DNA from: Spirochaetota bacterium
GTDB taxonomy: Bacteria; Spirochaetota; UBA4802; UBA5550
Length of the DNA: 64,000 bases
Direction: 5' to 3'
Assembly: GCA_963663865.1 (NCBI GenBank)
Contig: OY760686.1
Coordinates: 3,040,001-3,104,000 of the forward strand
Below, in pieces: positions 19,016-30,080 of the stretch. The translations under genes and the position numbers were made by a program. The notes beneath the pieces were generated by a model that was not told the DNA's origin, ran no database searches, and saw only the letters and a list, made by a program, of their open reading frames with translations. Every line of letters begins with the position of its first letter. Positions within the stretch are counted from its first letter, which is position 1.

Positions 19016-19702
19016 ATGAAAAAAACAGCATATCTTCCCCTCGCGGCGCTGCTCCTTGCAGCAGGATGTTTCTCGTCCATGCCGCCCAGAGTCAGCCCAG
19101 AGTATATTTCCGGGAAAAGCCAGGCTGAAACAGAAAGTCTTGAAGAAATTGAACGAGAAATAATCAAAATATCCAATGATAAAGAGGAACTGCAGAAATC
19201 CCTTAAGATTTCCAAACTGCAGATTGCTGTTCTTGAAAGAGAGCTCACTCAAATAGAAGCACAGTCAAAACTTCTCGCAGACAAGCAAAAGCTCAACGCT
19301 GCCCAGAACGACCAGACTGGAATCGCTGAGGTAAAAAATGAGATCGATGCTAACAACAAAGCCAGAGAAACATCGTCACTTAAACTCGAATACTACACAG
19401 CAAAGAAGAAGCATACCGAACAGCAGATAGCGACCGCTGAAGCTCAGCAGGCAGCAAAAATTGCTGAACAGTATCTCGAAGAGGCTAAAATCGGCAGGGC
19501 TAAGCAGGACAGCATTATGGGACCGGCTGCCGAAGAGACTCCGAAAGACCGCATCAACATAAAGGAATATGAAGACTATAAACTGAAAACAGAAGAAAGA
19601 CTCGCATCCATGAAAAAAGAGGAGCAGCTGACCTCCGCAGAGCTCGCGAAGAAAGAGAAAAAGCTTAAAGCAGCGGGTATTGATGTCTCACAGCTAAAAT
19701 AA
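19016..19702 (+). CDS. Coiled-coil lipoprotein
   Basis: Lipobox LAAG-C; K/E/Q-rich helical body. Confidence 0.75.
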   Translation: MKKTAYLPLAALLLAAGCFSSMPPRVSPEYISGKSQAETESLEEIEREIIKISNDKEELQKSLKISKLQIAVLERELTQIEAQSKLLADKQKLNAAQNDQTGIAEVKNEIDANNKARETSSLKLEYYTAKKKHTEQQIATAEAQQAAKIAEQYLEEAKIGRAKQDSIMGPAAEETPKDRINIKEYEDYKLKTEERLASMKKEEQLTSAELAKKEKKLKAAGIDVSQLK

Positions 19703-19719
19703 AGCCGGAGGGTAATACA

Positions 19720-20799
19720 ATGATCAGGCATTCACGAATAACAACCTTTGCTGTAACTGTATTTTTTCTCGCTGCCTTTTCGGGAATATCAACCGCAGAC
19801 TTTTTCGGGCCTTCAGACCTTGAAAAATGCACAAACGAAAAGGTAGCCGTCGAGCTAAAGTACAAGTACTGCTACAGGGATAAAACCAATACCGAAAATG
19901 AGCTTGAACTGCTCAAGCGTCAGTACAGAAACGAATCAGCTAACTTCCGGACACAGATAAACTCGCTCGAAAATAAGATATCAAGTCTGCAGAAAAAACT
20001 CGACTCATCAGTTTCAGGACGTGAGCAGGACAACTCAGTATCTTCAAAAAAGATATCTGAGCTTGAAAACACCCTCGCAATTCTGAGAAATAATAGTACC
20101 GGTCGCGAGAAAGAACTGTTGAACGAGATAGAAGAGCTTCAAAAAAAACACGGCTCAGAGCTGACTCAGTTGAGAGACAGCTTTGACAAAGAACGCAACC
20201 GCCTTATGGAAGAGATTGACAGGCTGAAAAATGATCATGCTTCCAAATTGGCAGAGCTTAATTCACAGATCAGTAACCTTAACTCTGAGCTCGCCCTACT
20301 TAAAAAGCTGACTGAGTCGCAAAAGGAAGAGCTTGAGAGGATGAGCACACAGGAAAAAGAGCTTGCCCGACAGCTTGAATCAGAGATTAAAAAGGGCGAT
20401 ATCAGGCTGAAGAAGCACCACGACCGTCTTATCATTAATATTGACAACAGAATCTCCTTCGATTCCGGATCGGCTGAGCTGAAAAAGGAAGTCTTCTCTG
20501 CCCTTGACAAAATCTCAGGAATTCTGCAGAACTACCCGGAAAACAGAATTATGGTGGAAGGGCATACTGATACTGATAAAATAGTCAGGGGAAAGTACAG
20601 AGACAACTGGCACCTTTCAGCCGAACGCGCTCTTGCTGTTCTAAATCAACTCCTGAAAAACAAGAACATTGACAGGTCAAGATTTGCAGCCGCGGGGTAT
20701 GGAGAATTCAATCCCATTGTACCAAACGACACCCCGGAGAACAAGGCCCTTAACAGAAGGGTTGACATTGTTGTTATTCCTCGGGTTAGCTCAAAGTAA
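19720..20799 (+). CDS. OmpA/MotB C-terminal (peptidoglycan-binding) protein with long coiled coil
   Basis: FDSGSAEL, VEGHTD, NWHLSAERA, GYGEFNP, NRRVDI. Confidence 0.88.
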   Translation: MIRHSRITTFAVTVFFLAAFSGISTADFFGPSDLEKCTNEKVAVELKYKYCYRDKTNTENELELLKRQYRNESANFRTQINSLENKISSLQKKLDSSVSGREQDNSVSSKKISELENTLAILRNNSTGREKELLNEIEELQKKHGSELTQLRDSFDKERNRLMEEIDRLKNDHASKLAELNSQISNLNSELALLKKLTESQKEELERMSTQEKELARQLESEIKKGDIRLKKHHDRLIINIDNRISFDSGSAELKKEVFSALDKISGILQNYPENRIMVEGHTDTDKIVRGKYRDNWHLSAERALAVLNQLLKNKNIDRSRFAAAGYGEFNPIVPNDTPENKALNRRVDIVVIPRVSSK

Positions 20800-20809
20800 A
20801 TTATACTAT

Positions 20810-20838
20810 AAAAAAGGGTGCCGTTTTACCGGCACCCT
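20810..20838. terminator. Terminator between convergent genes
   Basis: A-run followed by the GGGTGCCG/CGGCACCC stem. Confidence 0.7.
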
Positions 20839-20849
20839 CAATTCATTGC

Positions 20850-21026
20850 TTAAACCTCAGAAATACATTCTACGGGACAAACGTCAGCGCAAGCTCCGCA
20901 GCTTGTGCAGTCAGCCTCGTTTATTTTTCTGATTCCGCCATTTGCCTCGGAAATGCATTCAACCGGACATTCCGGTTCACATGCTCCGCATCCCGTACAT
21001 TCATCCGCGTTAATTCTGTATGCCAT
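20850..21026 (-). CDS. 2x[4Fe-4S] clostridial-type ferredoxin
   Basis: MAYRI..CTGCGACEPECP...CTSCGACADVCP; GGAGG RBS. Confidence 0.93.
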   Translation of the reverse strand: MAYRINADECTGCGACEPECPVECISEANGGIRKINEADCTSCGACADVCPVECISEV

Positions 21027-21178
21027 CAGACACACCTCCAGATGTTTTTGTGAGTTCTACCGCGGAGAACAGAGAGCCTTGTCCCCATAATCCGGGCTGC
21101 TGTCTGCCGGACAGGGCAGTACAGCATTTTCTATAATACAGCGGGGTTCCCATCCGGTCAAGCCGTAATTAGCCTGAA

Positions 21179-22834
21179 TCAGGACTTGACTCCCTGCATC
21201 TGCACAAGGTCATTTTCCACATCGGTTATACCGCCAATTCCGAAATTCTTAACCAGCACATCCACAACGTTTGGAGAAAGAAATCCCGGAAGAGTCGGCC
21301 CAAGATGAATGTTCTTTACGCCAAGATAAAGCAGAGCGAGAAGCACAATCACCGCTTTCTGCTCATACCATGCGATATTGTACGATATCGGCAGATCGTT
21401 AATATCCTTCAGGCCGAATACCTCCTGCAGCTTCATGGCTATTACCGCAAGAGAATACGAGTCGTTGCACTGACCCGCATCAAGGACCCTCGGTATTCCG
21501 CCAATATCTCCAAGCTGCAGCTTGTTGTATCTGTACTTGGCACATCCAGCCGTAAGAATTACGGTGTCATTCGGAAGCTTCGAGGCAAATTCCGTGTAAT
21601 ATTCTCTGCTTTTCATGCGGCCGTCGCAGCCTGCCATGACAAAGAACCTTCTTATCGCCCCGCTCTTGACTGCGTCAACCACCTTGTCTGCAAGTGAAAG
21701 AACTGTGCTGTGCGCAAAACCGCCTACAATCTCACCAGTTTCAATCTCGACAGGCGGACTGCATTTTTTGGCCATCTCAATAATCTTTGAAAAATCCTTT
21801 TTTTGTCCCGGTTTTCTTTCGGGTATATGTTCTACACCATCATAGCCGGCCGCTCCGGTAGTAAACATTCTGCTTTTGTACGAGTCCTTTGGCGGCACTA
21901 TACAGTTGGTAGTCATAAGGATGGGGCCGTTAAAAGAATCGAACTCCTTATCCTGTTTCCACCAGGCATTACCGTAATTGCCGGCAAAATGCGAGTACTT
22001 CTTAAAGGCTGGATAGTAGTTTGCCGGAAGCATTTCGCTGTGAGTATAAACGTCAACCCCCGTCCCCTCAGTCTGTTTGAGAAGCTCTTCCATATCCTTC
22101 AGATCGTGCCCGCTTATGAGGATACCGGGATTGTTTCGAGTGCCTATGTTTACTTTGGTAATCTCGGGATGCCCGTATGTTGTCGTGTTTGCTCTGTCGA
22201 GAAGGGACATTGCTGCGACACCAAATTTTCCGGTTTCCAGGACAAGCGCCGTCAGATCATCTGCTGTCAGGCTGTCATTTAGAGTCTCGGCAAGTGCCTT
22301 TTGCATAAAGGCGTGAATCTCAGGCTCGGTGAAACCCAGATTAGCCGCGTGTTCAGTGTATGCAGCCATTCCTTTGACACCGTAAGTAACAAGCTCACGG
22401 AGCGACCTTACATCCTCGTTCTCAGTAGCGAGAACTCCAGACTTTCCGGACTTTACCAAATAATCGCCGTCTGGTCCGGGCGTCCAGATTACAGCCTCGT
22501 GCAGGATATCTCCTGTCAGAATACCTTTACCCTCAAGAACAGCCCTCATCGAATCGCGAAGCTCAACAACCTCGCCAATAAACTCTACAAAAGCCTGCCG
22601 GTCAAAATTTGCGTTTGTTATCGTCATAAAAAGCCCGCGCATAACCAGATGGTCGGCCTCAGGGCTGCCCAGCCCCTCGTTGGCGGCTTTAATATTGACA
22701 ATGCTCAGCCCCTTGAGCAGGAAAATCAATGTATCCTGAATAGCAGCAACATCCTCTGTTTTCCCGCACACCCCTCTTATGGTGCAGCCTGTTCCCTTTG
22801 CGGTTTCCTGACACTGATAGCAAAACATACTCAT
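21179..22834 (-). CDS. hcp: Hybrid cluster protein (hydroxylamine/NO reductase)
   Basis: [13 protein letters not shown]...GVCGK, SGHDL, HSEM, AGCDG, GQCNDS, WYEQKA. Confidence 0.97.
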   Translation of the reverse strand: MSMFCYQCQETAKGTGCTIRGVCGKTEDVAAIQDTLIFLLKGLSIVNIKAANEGLGSPEADHLVMRGLFMTITNANFDRQAFVEFIGEVVELRDSMRAVLEGKGILTGDILHEAVIWTPGPDGDYLVKSGKSGVLATENEDVRSLRELVTYGVKGMAAYTEHAANLGFTEPEIHAFMQKALAETLNDSLTADDLTALVLETGKFGVAAMSLLDRANTTTYGHPEITKVNIGTRNNPGILISGHDLKDMEELLKQTEGTGVDVYTHSEMLPANYYPAFKKYSHFAGNYGNAWWKQDKEFDSFNGPILMTTNCIVPPKDSYKSRMFTTGAAGYDGVEHIPERKPGQKKDFSKIIEMAKKCSPPVEIETGEIVGGFAHSTVLSLADKVVDAVKSGAIRRFFVMAGCDGRMKSREYYTEFASKLPNDTVILTAGCAKYRYNKLQLGDIGGIPRVLDAGQCNDSYSLAVIAMKLQEVFGLKDINDLPISYNIAWYEQKAVIVLLALLYLGVKNIHLGPTLPGFLSPNVVDVLVKNFGIGGITDVENDLVQMQGVKS

Positions 22835-22892
22835 CGTTGTTTCCTCCTAATCTATTATATCTGCATCATAGACCATTTCTAAAAAGAACGCA

Positions 22893-22906
22893 TTGACCTG
22901 AATCAA
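22893..22906. promoter_or_regulatory. FNR/DNR/HcpR-type binding site for hcp
   Basis: TTGAC-N4-ATCAA (one mismatch to TTGAT-N4-ATCAA); centred about -41.5 relative to a TATGAT -10 at 22870-22865. Confidence 0.7.
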
Positions 22907-23111
22907 CTATGAGAAATAATATACATTACGCGGGGATAATAACATAAGGCAATAATCAAAATAATGAGTCTATACTTTCAATATTTTGTACTGAAGATGT
23001 TTTCTCGTATTATATCACGTGTTCCGTCTGTGTCAACAGACGTGCATAAATTATTAAGTCATCAGCTTGCAATTCAGCTAAACTTTGATATAATCAATAG
23101 AAGGAGATGAG

Positions 23112-23768
23112 ATGAAACAACTGAACATTAACGAGAACAGCCTGCTGCCTTTCAACAGCAGCGACATTATTGAAAAGATAACTTCTTCCGGGAACTTCCA
23201 GGAAACCGGGCCCGGTGAAATACTGTTTATCGAAGGCGACAATGGAACCTCACTCTATATACTTCAGTCAGGTTCGGTCAAGATATTTAAAAGCGCCCCG
23301 GACGGCCGGGAAATAATACTCAGGACTATAGTTCCCGGGGAAATGTTCGCCGAGGTCATTCTTTTTGAATCTTCACGCTATCCGGCAAGCGCGGCTTCAA
23401 CGGAAAATTCCGTTCTATTCACAATAACCAGAAAGCGTTTTTTAGAGCTTTTGGATGATGCTCCTTTCCGCGACAGCTTTATTTCCGCTTTGATGAGAAA
23501 GCAGAGACACCTGACTGAACGGCTCCATTATCTGACAGCCTATGAAGTGGAAGAACGTTTTTTCAGATTCCTCGCTTCAAAATACGGCCGGAAGGACATT
23601 TACACTATCGATATGTCCAAAAAGGATATCGCCTCTTCGATAGGGACAATACCCGAGACAATGTCCAGGCTAATACGAAGACTTACCGACAGCAACCGGA
23701 TAAAATGGGAAGGCAATTTACTCAGCATTTCACCTGGTTTTTGGGACGGCTTTGACATGGAGGAGTAA
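23112..23768 (+). CDS. Crp/Fnr family regulator (HcpR/DNR-like)
   Basis: cNMP-like beta roll (LFIEGD, GEMFAEV, YPASA) and HTH IASSIGTIPETMSR; divergent from hcp. Confidence 0.88.
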   Translation: MKQLNINENSLLPFNSSDIIEKITSSGNFQETGPGEILFIEGDNGTSLYILQSGSVKIFKSAPDGREIILRTIVPGEMFAEVILFESSRYPASAASTENSVLFTITRKRFLELLDDAPFRDSFISALMRKQRHLTERLHYLTAYEVEERFFRFLASKYGRKDIYTIDMSKKDIASSIGTIPETMSRLIRRLTDSNRIKWEGNLLSISPGFWDGFDMEE

Positions 23769-24028
23769 CTACTTATAACGGGGAGGATTCCTATTGCAGC
23801 GTGTTACATTTTTGTACCCCTCATCAGTGAATCCGGTTGGTATGATAACATTATTGTCAGCTTTCAGCCGTAATTTTACACCCCTGTAACAAACAGTCTC
23901 AAATACTCGGCTTTTTTAATTGAAGCGGAAACGGCCTCTCCTTAACTATTGATTAATATTGAATTGAGTATAATTACTTTTCTTCACCCTGTCAAAACCC
24001 GCAGTCTGTGAAGAACGAGGAGTTTGAA

Positions 24029-27000
24029 ATGAAAAATAATCCAGAAAATCAGGGGCTTTACAAAAGAGAATTCGAACACGATTCCTGCGGTGTGGGTTTT
24101 GTCGCACACATTAAAGGCGACAAATCTCATGACATCGTACGACGGGGAATTGAGATTCTAGAACGAATGGAACACAGGGGTGCTGAAGGCGCGGACAATA
24201 AAACTGGAGACGGCTCCGGAATAATGATTCAGATTCCTCATGAGTTTTACTCATCAGAGGTCAGCGGACTCGGTAATCCAGGGGAATACTCAGCAGGACT
24301 TGTTTTTCTTCCCACTGACAAAGAAGCCGCTGACAGCTGTATCAAAATATTCGAGAAGTCCGCTGCAGAGGAAGGCCTTAAAGTAATAGCCTGGCGGGAT
24401 GTTCCGGTCGACAACACCGAAATTGGGACAATTGCGAAGAAATCTGAGCCGGGCATCAAACAGGTTTTCCTGACATCCTCAAAAAAAATCAAGCAAAACG
24501 AACTTGAACTCAAGTCATTCATTCTTCGTAAAAGCACAGCAAAACTTATATTAGAATCGAAGATTCAGGGATCATCCGACTTCTACATCCCGTCCCTTTC
24601 TACAAAGACTATTGTTTACAAAGGAATGCTAACGCCGGGACAGGTTAAACTCTTCTACCCGGAACTGCAGAATAAAAAGTTAACCAGCGCTATAGCCCTC
24701 GTTCACTCAAGATTCAGCACAAACACTTTCCCTTCGTGGGACCTGGCTCAACCCTTTAGAATCGTGGCTCACAATGGCGAAATCAACACAGTAAAAGGCA
24801 ACAGATTCTGGATGAAAGCCCGTGAGCCATACCTTTCTTCCCCGGTTTTCGGAGAGAACCTTTCGAAAATTCTTCCAATTATTGAACCCGGCAAAAGCGA
24901 CTCCGCTTCGTTTGACAATGCTCTCGAATTTCTTGTTGCGACAGGACGTTCTCTTCCGCACGCTTTGATGATGATGATCCCGGAGTCGTGGAACGACAAG
25001 AATCCAATTCCCGAAGATCTCAAATACTTCTACGAGTACCATTCAACCTTTATGGAACCCTGGGACGGCCCGGCTTCCATGGTGTTCTGCGACGGCCGCT
25101 TCATTGGAGGCACCCTTGACAGAAACGGACTCAGACCTTCCAGGTTTATCATCACAAAGGATGATATTATTGTGATGGCGTCCGAGGTGGGTGTTCAAGA
25201 CTTCCCCGCTGCCCAGATCGCGCAGAAGGGCCGCCTTCTGCCGGGCAAACTGCTCCTCGTCGACACGCAGGAAGGCCGCATCATCCCTGACGAAGAGATA
25301 AAGAAATGCACAGCTAATTCTAAGCCCTATAAAGAGTGGGTGGAAAACAACAGGGTTGTCATTTCCGACATTAAATCCAGGGGAACCTCTTATGAGGACT
25401 TATCAAATGAGAAGGTTCACGAGCTTCAGCTTATTCACGGTTATATTCGTGAGGATATCAACACGCATATCCACACAATGGCAACCACGGGCCAGGAACC
25501 GGTCGGATCAATGGGTACTGACACCCCGATTGCCGTTTTTTCAGATAAGCCTCAGCCGCTCTTTAACTACTTCAAGCAAAACTTTGCACAGGTAACAAAT
25601 CCAGCTATTGACCCTATCCGTGAAGATCTGGTCATGACATTGACAAGCTATATCGGGCCCGAAAAAAATCTGCTTTCAGAAACTCCCGAACACTGCAGAA
25701 TGATCAAATACTTTTCGCCCATATTCACCGACAATGAGCTTTCAATCTTCCGAAATTCAACGAATCCTGATATCAAGTCAGGAGTCATAGACATCCTGTT
25801 TAAGGTTGATGGGGGTGAAGACGCGCTCGAAAAAGCAATGGATAGAATCTGCGCTGAAGCTGAAGCCATGGCTTCAAAAGGCATTAACTATATAATACTA
25901 TCGGACAGGCACACCGACGCGGAGCATGCCCCTGTGCCTTCTCTTCTTGCTGTTGCCGGTGTACATCATCATCTTATTCGTACCGGCAAGCGAAAGTCCG
26001 CCAGCCTTCTTCTTGAAAGCGGGGAGCCAAGGGAGATAATGCATTACGCACTGCTCTTCAGCTATGGAGCTGGAGCTGTAAACCCATACGGCGTTTTCGC
26101 GTCTATTAAAACAATGCAAAATCAGGGTCTTATTGCAGACGAGAAAGAGTACTCTTCACTTGAAGAAAACTACATCAGATCCGTGAATAAAGGCCTGATG
26201 AAAATAATGTCTAAGATGGGGACATCGACCCTCAGAAGTTACCGCGGCTCCCAGATTGTCGAAGCAATAGGCCTCTCTGAAAAACTGGTTAATCTATACT
26301 TTACAGGCACAGAGTCCAGAATCGGAGGGATTGACATGAGGGATATCGCAAAAGAAACCCTCGAACGGCATCGTAAAGCATATTTTCAGAGACCACCTCT
26401 TCTTGAATCTGACGGGGTGTACGCCTACAGGAAAGGCGGTGAAAAACACGCATGGAGCCCGGAAGCCATACACATGCTTCAATGGGCGGCGCGCACCAAT
26501 GACTATCAAAAGTATAAACAGTTTTCGGAGCTTGTTAACAGGCATAACAGGAAGCCCAATGTCATAAGAGGACTTCTCGATTTCAAGAAGGGGACACCCA
26601 TTCCAATTGACGAAGTTGAACCGGAAGAGGAAATCTTAAAAAGACTCACGACCGGAGCCATGTCATACGGATCCATAAGCAAGGATGCACATGAAGCCAT
26701 TGCTGTTGCAATGAACGCGATTGGCGGCAGAAGCAATTCAGGTGAAGGCGGTGAAGATCCAATTCGCTTTATACGGAGAGAAGACGGCACGCTTGCCCGC
26801 AGCGCGATAAAGCAGGTTGCGAGCGGACGCTTTGGAGTAACCAGCAATTATCTGACCAATGCCGATGAAATTCAGATAAAAATCGCGCAGGGTGCCAAAC
26901 CCGGAGAAGGCGGTCAACTTCCGGGGCACAAGGTCGATAAGATTATTGCAAAAACAAGGTTTTCGACTCAGGGAGTTACGCTAATTTCTCCCCCGCCTCA

Positions 27001-28573
27001 CCACGACATTTACTCAATTGAGGATCTGGCCCAGCTCATCTTCGACCTTAAAAACGCCAATCCCAATGCCCGAATCAGCGTAAAGCTTGTTTCCGAAACC
27101 GGAGTTGGTACAGTTGCAGCAGGTGTAGCAAAAGCTCACGCAGACAACATTCTTATAAGCGGATACGATGGAGGAACAGGCGCAAGCCCTATCAGCTCTA
27201 TCAAGCATGCCGGTCTTCCCTGGGAACTCGGCCTTTCAGAGACACATCAAACCCTTGTCCTCAACGATCTTCGGGGAAGGGTCAGGCTTCAGACAGACGG
27301 TCAGCTTAAAAACGGAAGAGACATTGTAATTGCCGGCATGCTCGGTGCAGAGGAGTTCGGCTTTGGCACAGCGACTCTTATAGTCATGGGCTGCATAATG
27401 ATGAGAAAGTGCCATCTTAACACCTGCCCTGTCGGAGTAGCTACACAGGATCCATTGCTTCGAAGCCGCTTCAAAGGCCGTCCTGAGCATTTGATAAACT
27501 ACTTCAAGTTTATCGTACGCGAAGTCAGGGAAATTATGGCCAGTCTTGGAATCAAAAAGTTCAATGACCTTATCGGACGCTCTGATCTTTTAGTACAGAG
27601 TGGAAGCGGCCACTGGAAGGCTGACACAGTAGACCTCAGCAAGATTCTTTACAGACCCGCTGAAGCTGACAAACACAGTGTTTACTGCGTTCAGAAACAG
27701 ATTCACAAACTCGATGGTGTGCTTGATAAAAAGATTATTTCCAAGGTCAAACCGGCCATTGAAGAGAAAAAGGACTTCAATGTGTACATCGAAATGCCAA
27801 TTTCCAACACCGACCGAGCCGTCGGCGCCATGGTTTCCAATCTGGTTTCTCGTCATTATGGCGAAAATGGACTGCCGGACAATACCATTCAGTGCGTATT
27901 CAGAGGAAGCGCCGGTCAGAGTTTCGGCGCATTCCTTGCCAGAGGAATCACTATGAGACTTGAAGGCGATTCAAACGATTACCTCGGCAAGGGTCTCTCC
28001 GGCGGAAGAATCATAGTTGTGCCCCCGTCCGGATCAGCTTTTAAGGCGGAAGACAATATTATTATCGGAAACACGGTTCTTTACGGAGCCACGGGCGGAG
28101 AAGCCTATATAAGAGGCATTGCCGGAGAGAGATTCTGCGTCAGAAACAGCGGAGCCCTTGCCGTCGTAGAAGGAAGCGGAGACCACTGCGCCGAGTACAT
28201 GACAGGGGGACGCATTGTTGTTCTTGGAAGAGTCGGTAGAAACTTCGCAGCGGGAATGAGCGGCGGCATAGCTTACGTTCTTGATGAAAACGGTGACTTT
28301 GAATACTTCTGCAACAGAGGCATGGTTGAACTTTCACCGGTACAGGACTTTGAGGACCAGGACTTCCTGGTTGAGATGCTTAAAAAGCATATTGAACACA
28401 CAAATAGTACGAAAGCAAAAAACATTGTAAACAAGTGGTACGAGTACCTTCCCAAATTTGTAAAAGTAATTCCGGTTGAGTACAAACGTGCGCTAAACGA
28501 GCTCAAAATGGAGCAGATCGACAGAAAGCTTCATGAGATCAGACAGGAAGAAGATTTGGAGGATATATACTGA
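24029..28573 (+). CDS. gltB: Glutamate synthase large subunit
   Basis: EHDSCGVGF, HSRFSTNT, HNGEINT, QVASGRFGV, QGAKPGEGGQL, CIMMRKCHLNTCP. Confidence 0.97.
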   Translation: MKNNPENQGLYKREFEHDSCGVGFVAHIKGDKSHDIVRRGIEILERMEHRGAEGADNKTGDGSGIMIQIPHEFYSSEVSGLGNPGEYSAGLVFLPTDKEAADSCIKIFEKSAAEEGLKVIAWRDVPVDNTEIGTIAKKSEPGIKQVFLTSSKKIKQNELELKSFILRKSTAKLILESKIQGSSDFYIPSLSTKTIVYKGMLTPGQVKLFYPELQNKKLTSAIALVHSRFSTNTFPSWDLAQPFRIVAHNGEINTVKGNRFWMKAREPYLSSPVFGENLSKILPIIEPGKSDSASFDNALEFLVATGRSLPHALMMMIPESWNDKNPIPEDLKYFYEYHSTFMEPWDGPASMVFCDGRFIGGTLDRNGLRPSRFIITKDDIIVMASEVGVQDFPAAQIAQKGRLLPGKLLLVDTQEGRIIPDEEIKKCTANSKPYKEWVENNRVVISDIKSRGTSYEDLSNEKVHELQLIHGYIREDINTHIHTMATTGQEPVGSMGTDTPIAVFSDKPQPLFNYFKQNFAQVTNPAIDPIREDLVMTLTSYIGPEKNLLSETPEHCRMIKYFSPIFTDNELSIFRNSTNPDIKSGVIDILFKVDGGEDALEKAMDRICAEAEAMASKGINYIILSDRHTDAEHAPVPSLLAVAGVHHHLIRTGKRKSASLLLESGEPREIMHYALLFSYGAGAVNPYGVFASIKTMQNQGLIADEKEYSSLEENYIRSVNKGLMKIMSKMGTSTLRSYRGSQIVEAIGLSEKLVNLYFTGTESRIGGIDMRDIAKETLERHRKAYFQRPPLLESDGVYAYRKGGEKHAWSPEAIHMLQWAARTNDYQKYKQFSELVNRHNRKPNVIRGLLDFKKGTPIPIDEVEPEEEILKRLTTGAMSYGSISKDAHEAIAVAMNAIGGRSNSGEGGEDPIRFIRREDGTLARSAIKQVASGRFGVTSNYLTNADEIQIKIAQGAKPGEGGQLPGHKVDKIIAKTRFSTQGVTLISPPPHHDIYSIEDLAQLIFDLKNANPNARISVKLVSETGVGTVAAGVAKAHADNILISGYDGGTGASPISSIKHAGLPWELGLSETHQTLVLNDLRGRVRLQTDGQLKNGRDIVIAGMLGAEEFGFGTATLIVMGCIMMRKCHLNTCPVGVATQDPLLRSRFKGRPEHLINYFKFIVREVREIMASLGIKKFNDLIGRSDLLVQSGSGHWKADTVDLSKILYRPAEADKHSVYCVQKQIHKLDGVLDKKIISKVKPAIEEKKDFNVYIEMPISNTDRAVGAMVSNLVSRHYGENGLPDNTIQCVFRGSAGQSFGAFLARGITMRLEGDSNDYLGKGLSGGRIIVVPPSGSAFKAEDNIIIGNTVLYGATGGEAYIRGIAGERFCVRNSGALAVVEGSGDHCAEYMTGGRIVVLGRVGRNFAAGMSGGIAYVLDENGDFEYFCNRGMVELSPVQDFEDQDFLVEMLKKHIEHTNSTKAKNIVNKWYEYLPKFVKVIPVEYKRALNELKMEQIDRKLHEIRQEEDLEDIY

Positions 28574-29994
28574 TGGGAGATCCTAAAGGTTTTTTAAAGG
28601 TTAAACGTGTTGAGTCTGGATACCGCCCGGTAGAGATTCGAATACATGACTACAGAGAAGTTGAAATGCAGCTCAGAGAGGAAGACCGCAAACTGCAAGC
28701 ATCGCGATGCATGGATTGCGGCGTACCCTTCTGCCACTGGGCATGCCCCGTGTCAAATATTATGCCTGAATGGCAGGACATGATATACAAAGGCAGATGG
28801 GCGGACGCTCATCAAATACTTCAATCTACAAATAATTTTCCGGAGTTCACTGGCCGTGTTTGCCCGGCTCCTTGCGAAGCCTCATGCGTTCTATCAATAA
28901 ACGACGACCCGGTAACAATTCGACAGAACGAACTCGCCGTTATTGAGAAAGCTTTTGCTCAAGACTGCGTAAGACCAATGCCTCCTAAAAGCCGGACCGG
29001 AAAGAAAGTTGCGGTCATCGGCGGAGGACCTTCAGGGCTTGCCTGCGCGGATCTGCTGAACAAAGCCGGTCATAGAGTAACGCTCTATGAAGCTGAAGAC
29101 AGCGTCGGAGGCTATCTACGATTTGGCATTCCCGACTTCAAACTCGACAAGAAGATTATTGACAGAAGGATAAACCTTCTCGCTGAAGAAGGTGTGAACT
29201 TTGTTACCGGAACAATCATTGGAAAAGATATTTCCACAGATGAGATCAGAAAAAACAACGACGCGATATGCATCACTATCGGAGCAAGAAAGGCACGTGA
29301 CCTCACCATAAAGGGCCGCGAGCATAAAGGTATTCATTTTGCTATGGAGTATCTTTCTCAGCAAAATCATATTGTCAGAGGAGACAGCATACCAGAAGAC
29401 AAACTGATTAATGCCTACAATAAAAATGTTATTGTTATTGGAGGGGGAGATACCGGCTCCGACTGTGTCGGCACAGCAAACAGACAGGGCGCTAAATCCA
29501 TAACTCAGATTGAACTGCTTCCTAAACCTCCACGTGAAAGAACTGAATCCGAGCCATGGCCGATTTGGCCTAAGCTCCTCAAAACTTCCAGTTCCCATGA
29601 AGAGGGCTGTGAACGGATGTGGAATGTAATGACGAAGGAATGCTTTGGAGAGAATGGCCAGATCAAAAAGATATCTGCTGTTAAAGTTGACTGGGCCAAA
29701 GACTCTGATGGAAACTGGAAGATGTCCGAGATTCCAGGTTCTTTATTTGAGCTTCAGGCAGATCTTATATTTCTCGCGATGGGATTTGAGCATGTTGTTC
29801 ACGATGGGATTGTCAACGATTTAGGTATCAAGCTCGATGGACGCGGGAATATCCTCATCGACAACGACAGCATGACAAGCGTTAAAGGTGTTTTCGCTGC
29901 AGGAGATTCTGCTCGAGGAGCTTCCCTTGTCGTCTGGGCAATCCACGACGGGAGAAAAGCAGCTGAAGCTATTGACAAATATCTCTCTAATTAG
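28573..29994 (+). CDS. gltD: Glutamate synthase small subunit
   Basis: MGDPKGF, RCMDCGVPFC, GRVCPAPCE, GGGDTGSDC; TGATG coupling to gltB. Confidence 0.96.
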   Translation: MGDPKGFLKVKRVESGYRPVEIRIHDYREVEMQLREEDRKLQASRCMDCGVPFCHWACPVSNIMPEWQDMIYKGRWADAHQILQSTNNFPEFTGRVCPAPCEASCVLSINDDPVTIRQNELAVIEKAFAQDCVRPMPPKSRTGKKVAVIGGGPSGLACADLLNKAGHRVTLYEAEDSVGGYLRFGIPDFKLDKKIIDRRINLLAEEGVNFVTGTIIGKDISTDEIRKNNDAICITIGARKARDLTIKGREHKGIHFAMEYLSQQNHIVRGDSIPEDKLINAYNKNVIVIGGGDTGSDCVGTANRQGAKSITQIELLPKPPRERTESEPWPIWPKLLKTSSSHEEGCERMWNVMTKECFGENGQIKKISAVKVDWAKDSDGNWKMSEIPGSLFELQADLIFLAMGFEHVVHDGIVNDLGIKLDGRGNILIDNDSMTSVKGVFAAGDSARGASLVVWAIHDGRKAAEAIDKYLSN

Positions 29995-30080
29995 TATATT
30001 TCCGCGGGTGTAGCTGTTTATGCCCGCGGTATTTCCTCTCGCTCAGGGTAAGCGCACATATTTTTTATTGAAGGGCGCTT

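Noticed and set aside
22909-22936. dif-like sequence on the minus strand (TCCCCGCGTAA TGTATA TTATTTCTCAT)
   Set aside because: The spacer matches, but the normally well-conserved XerD arm has four mismatches, and it lies inside the hcp/regulator promoter region.
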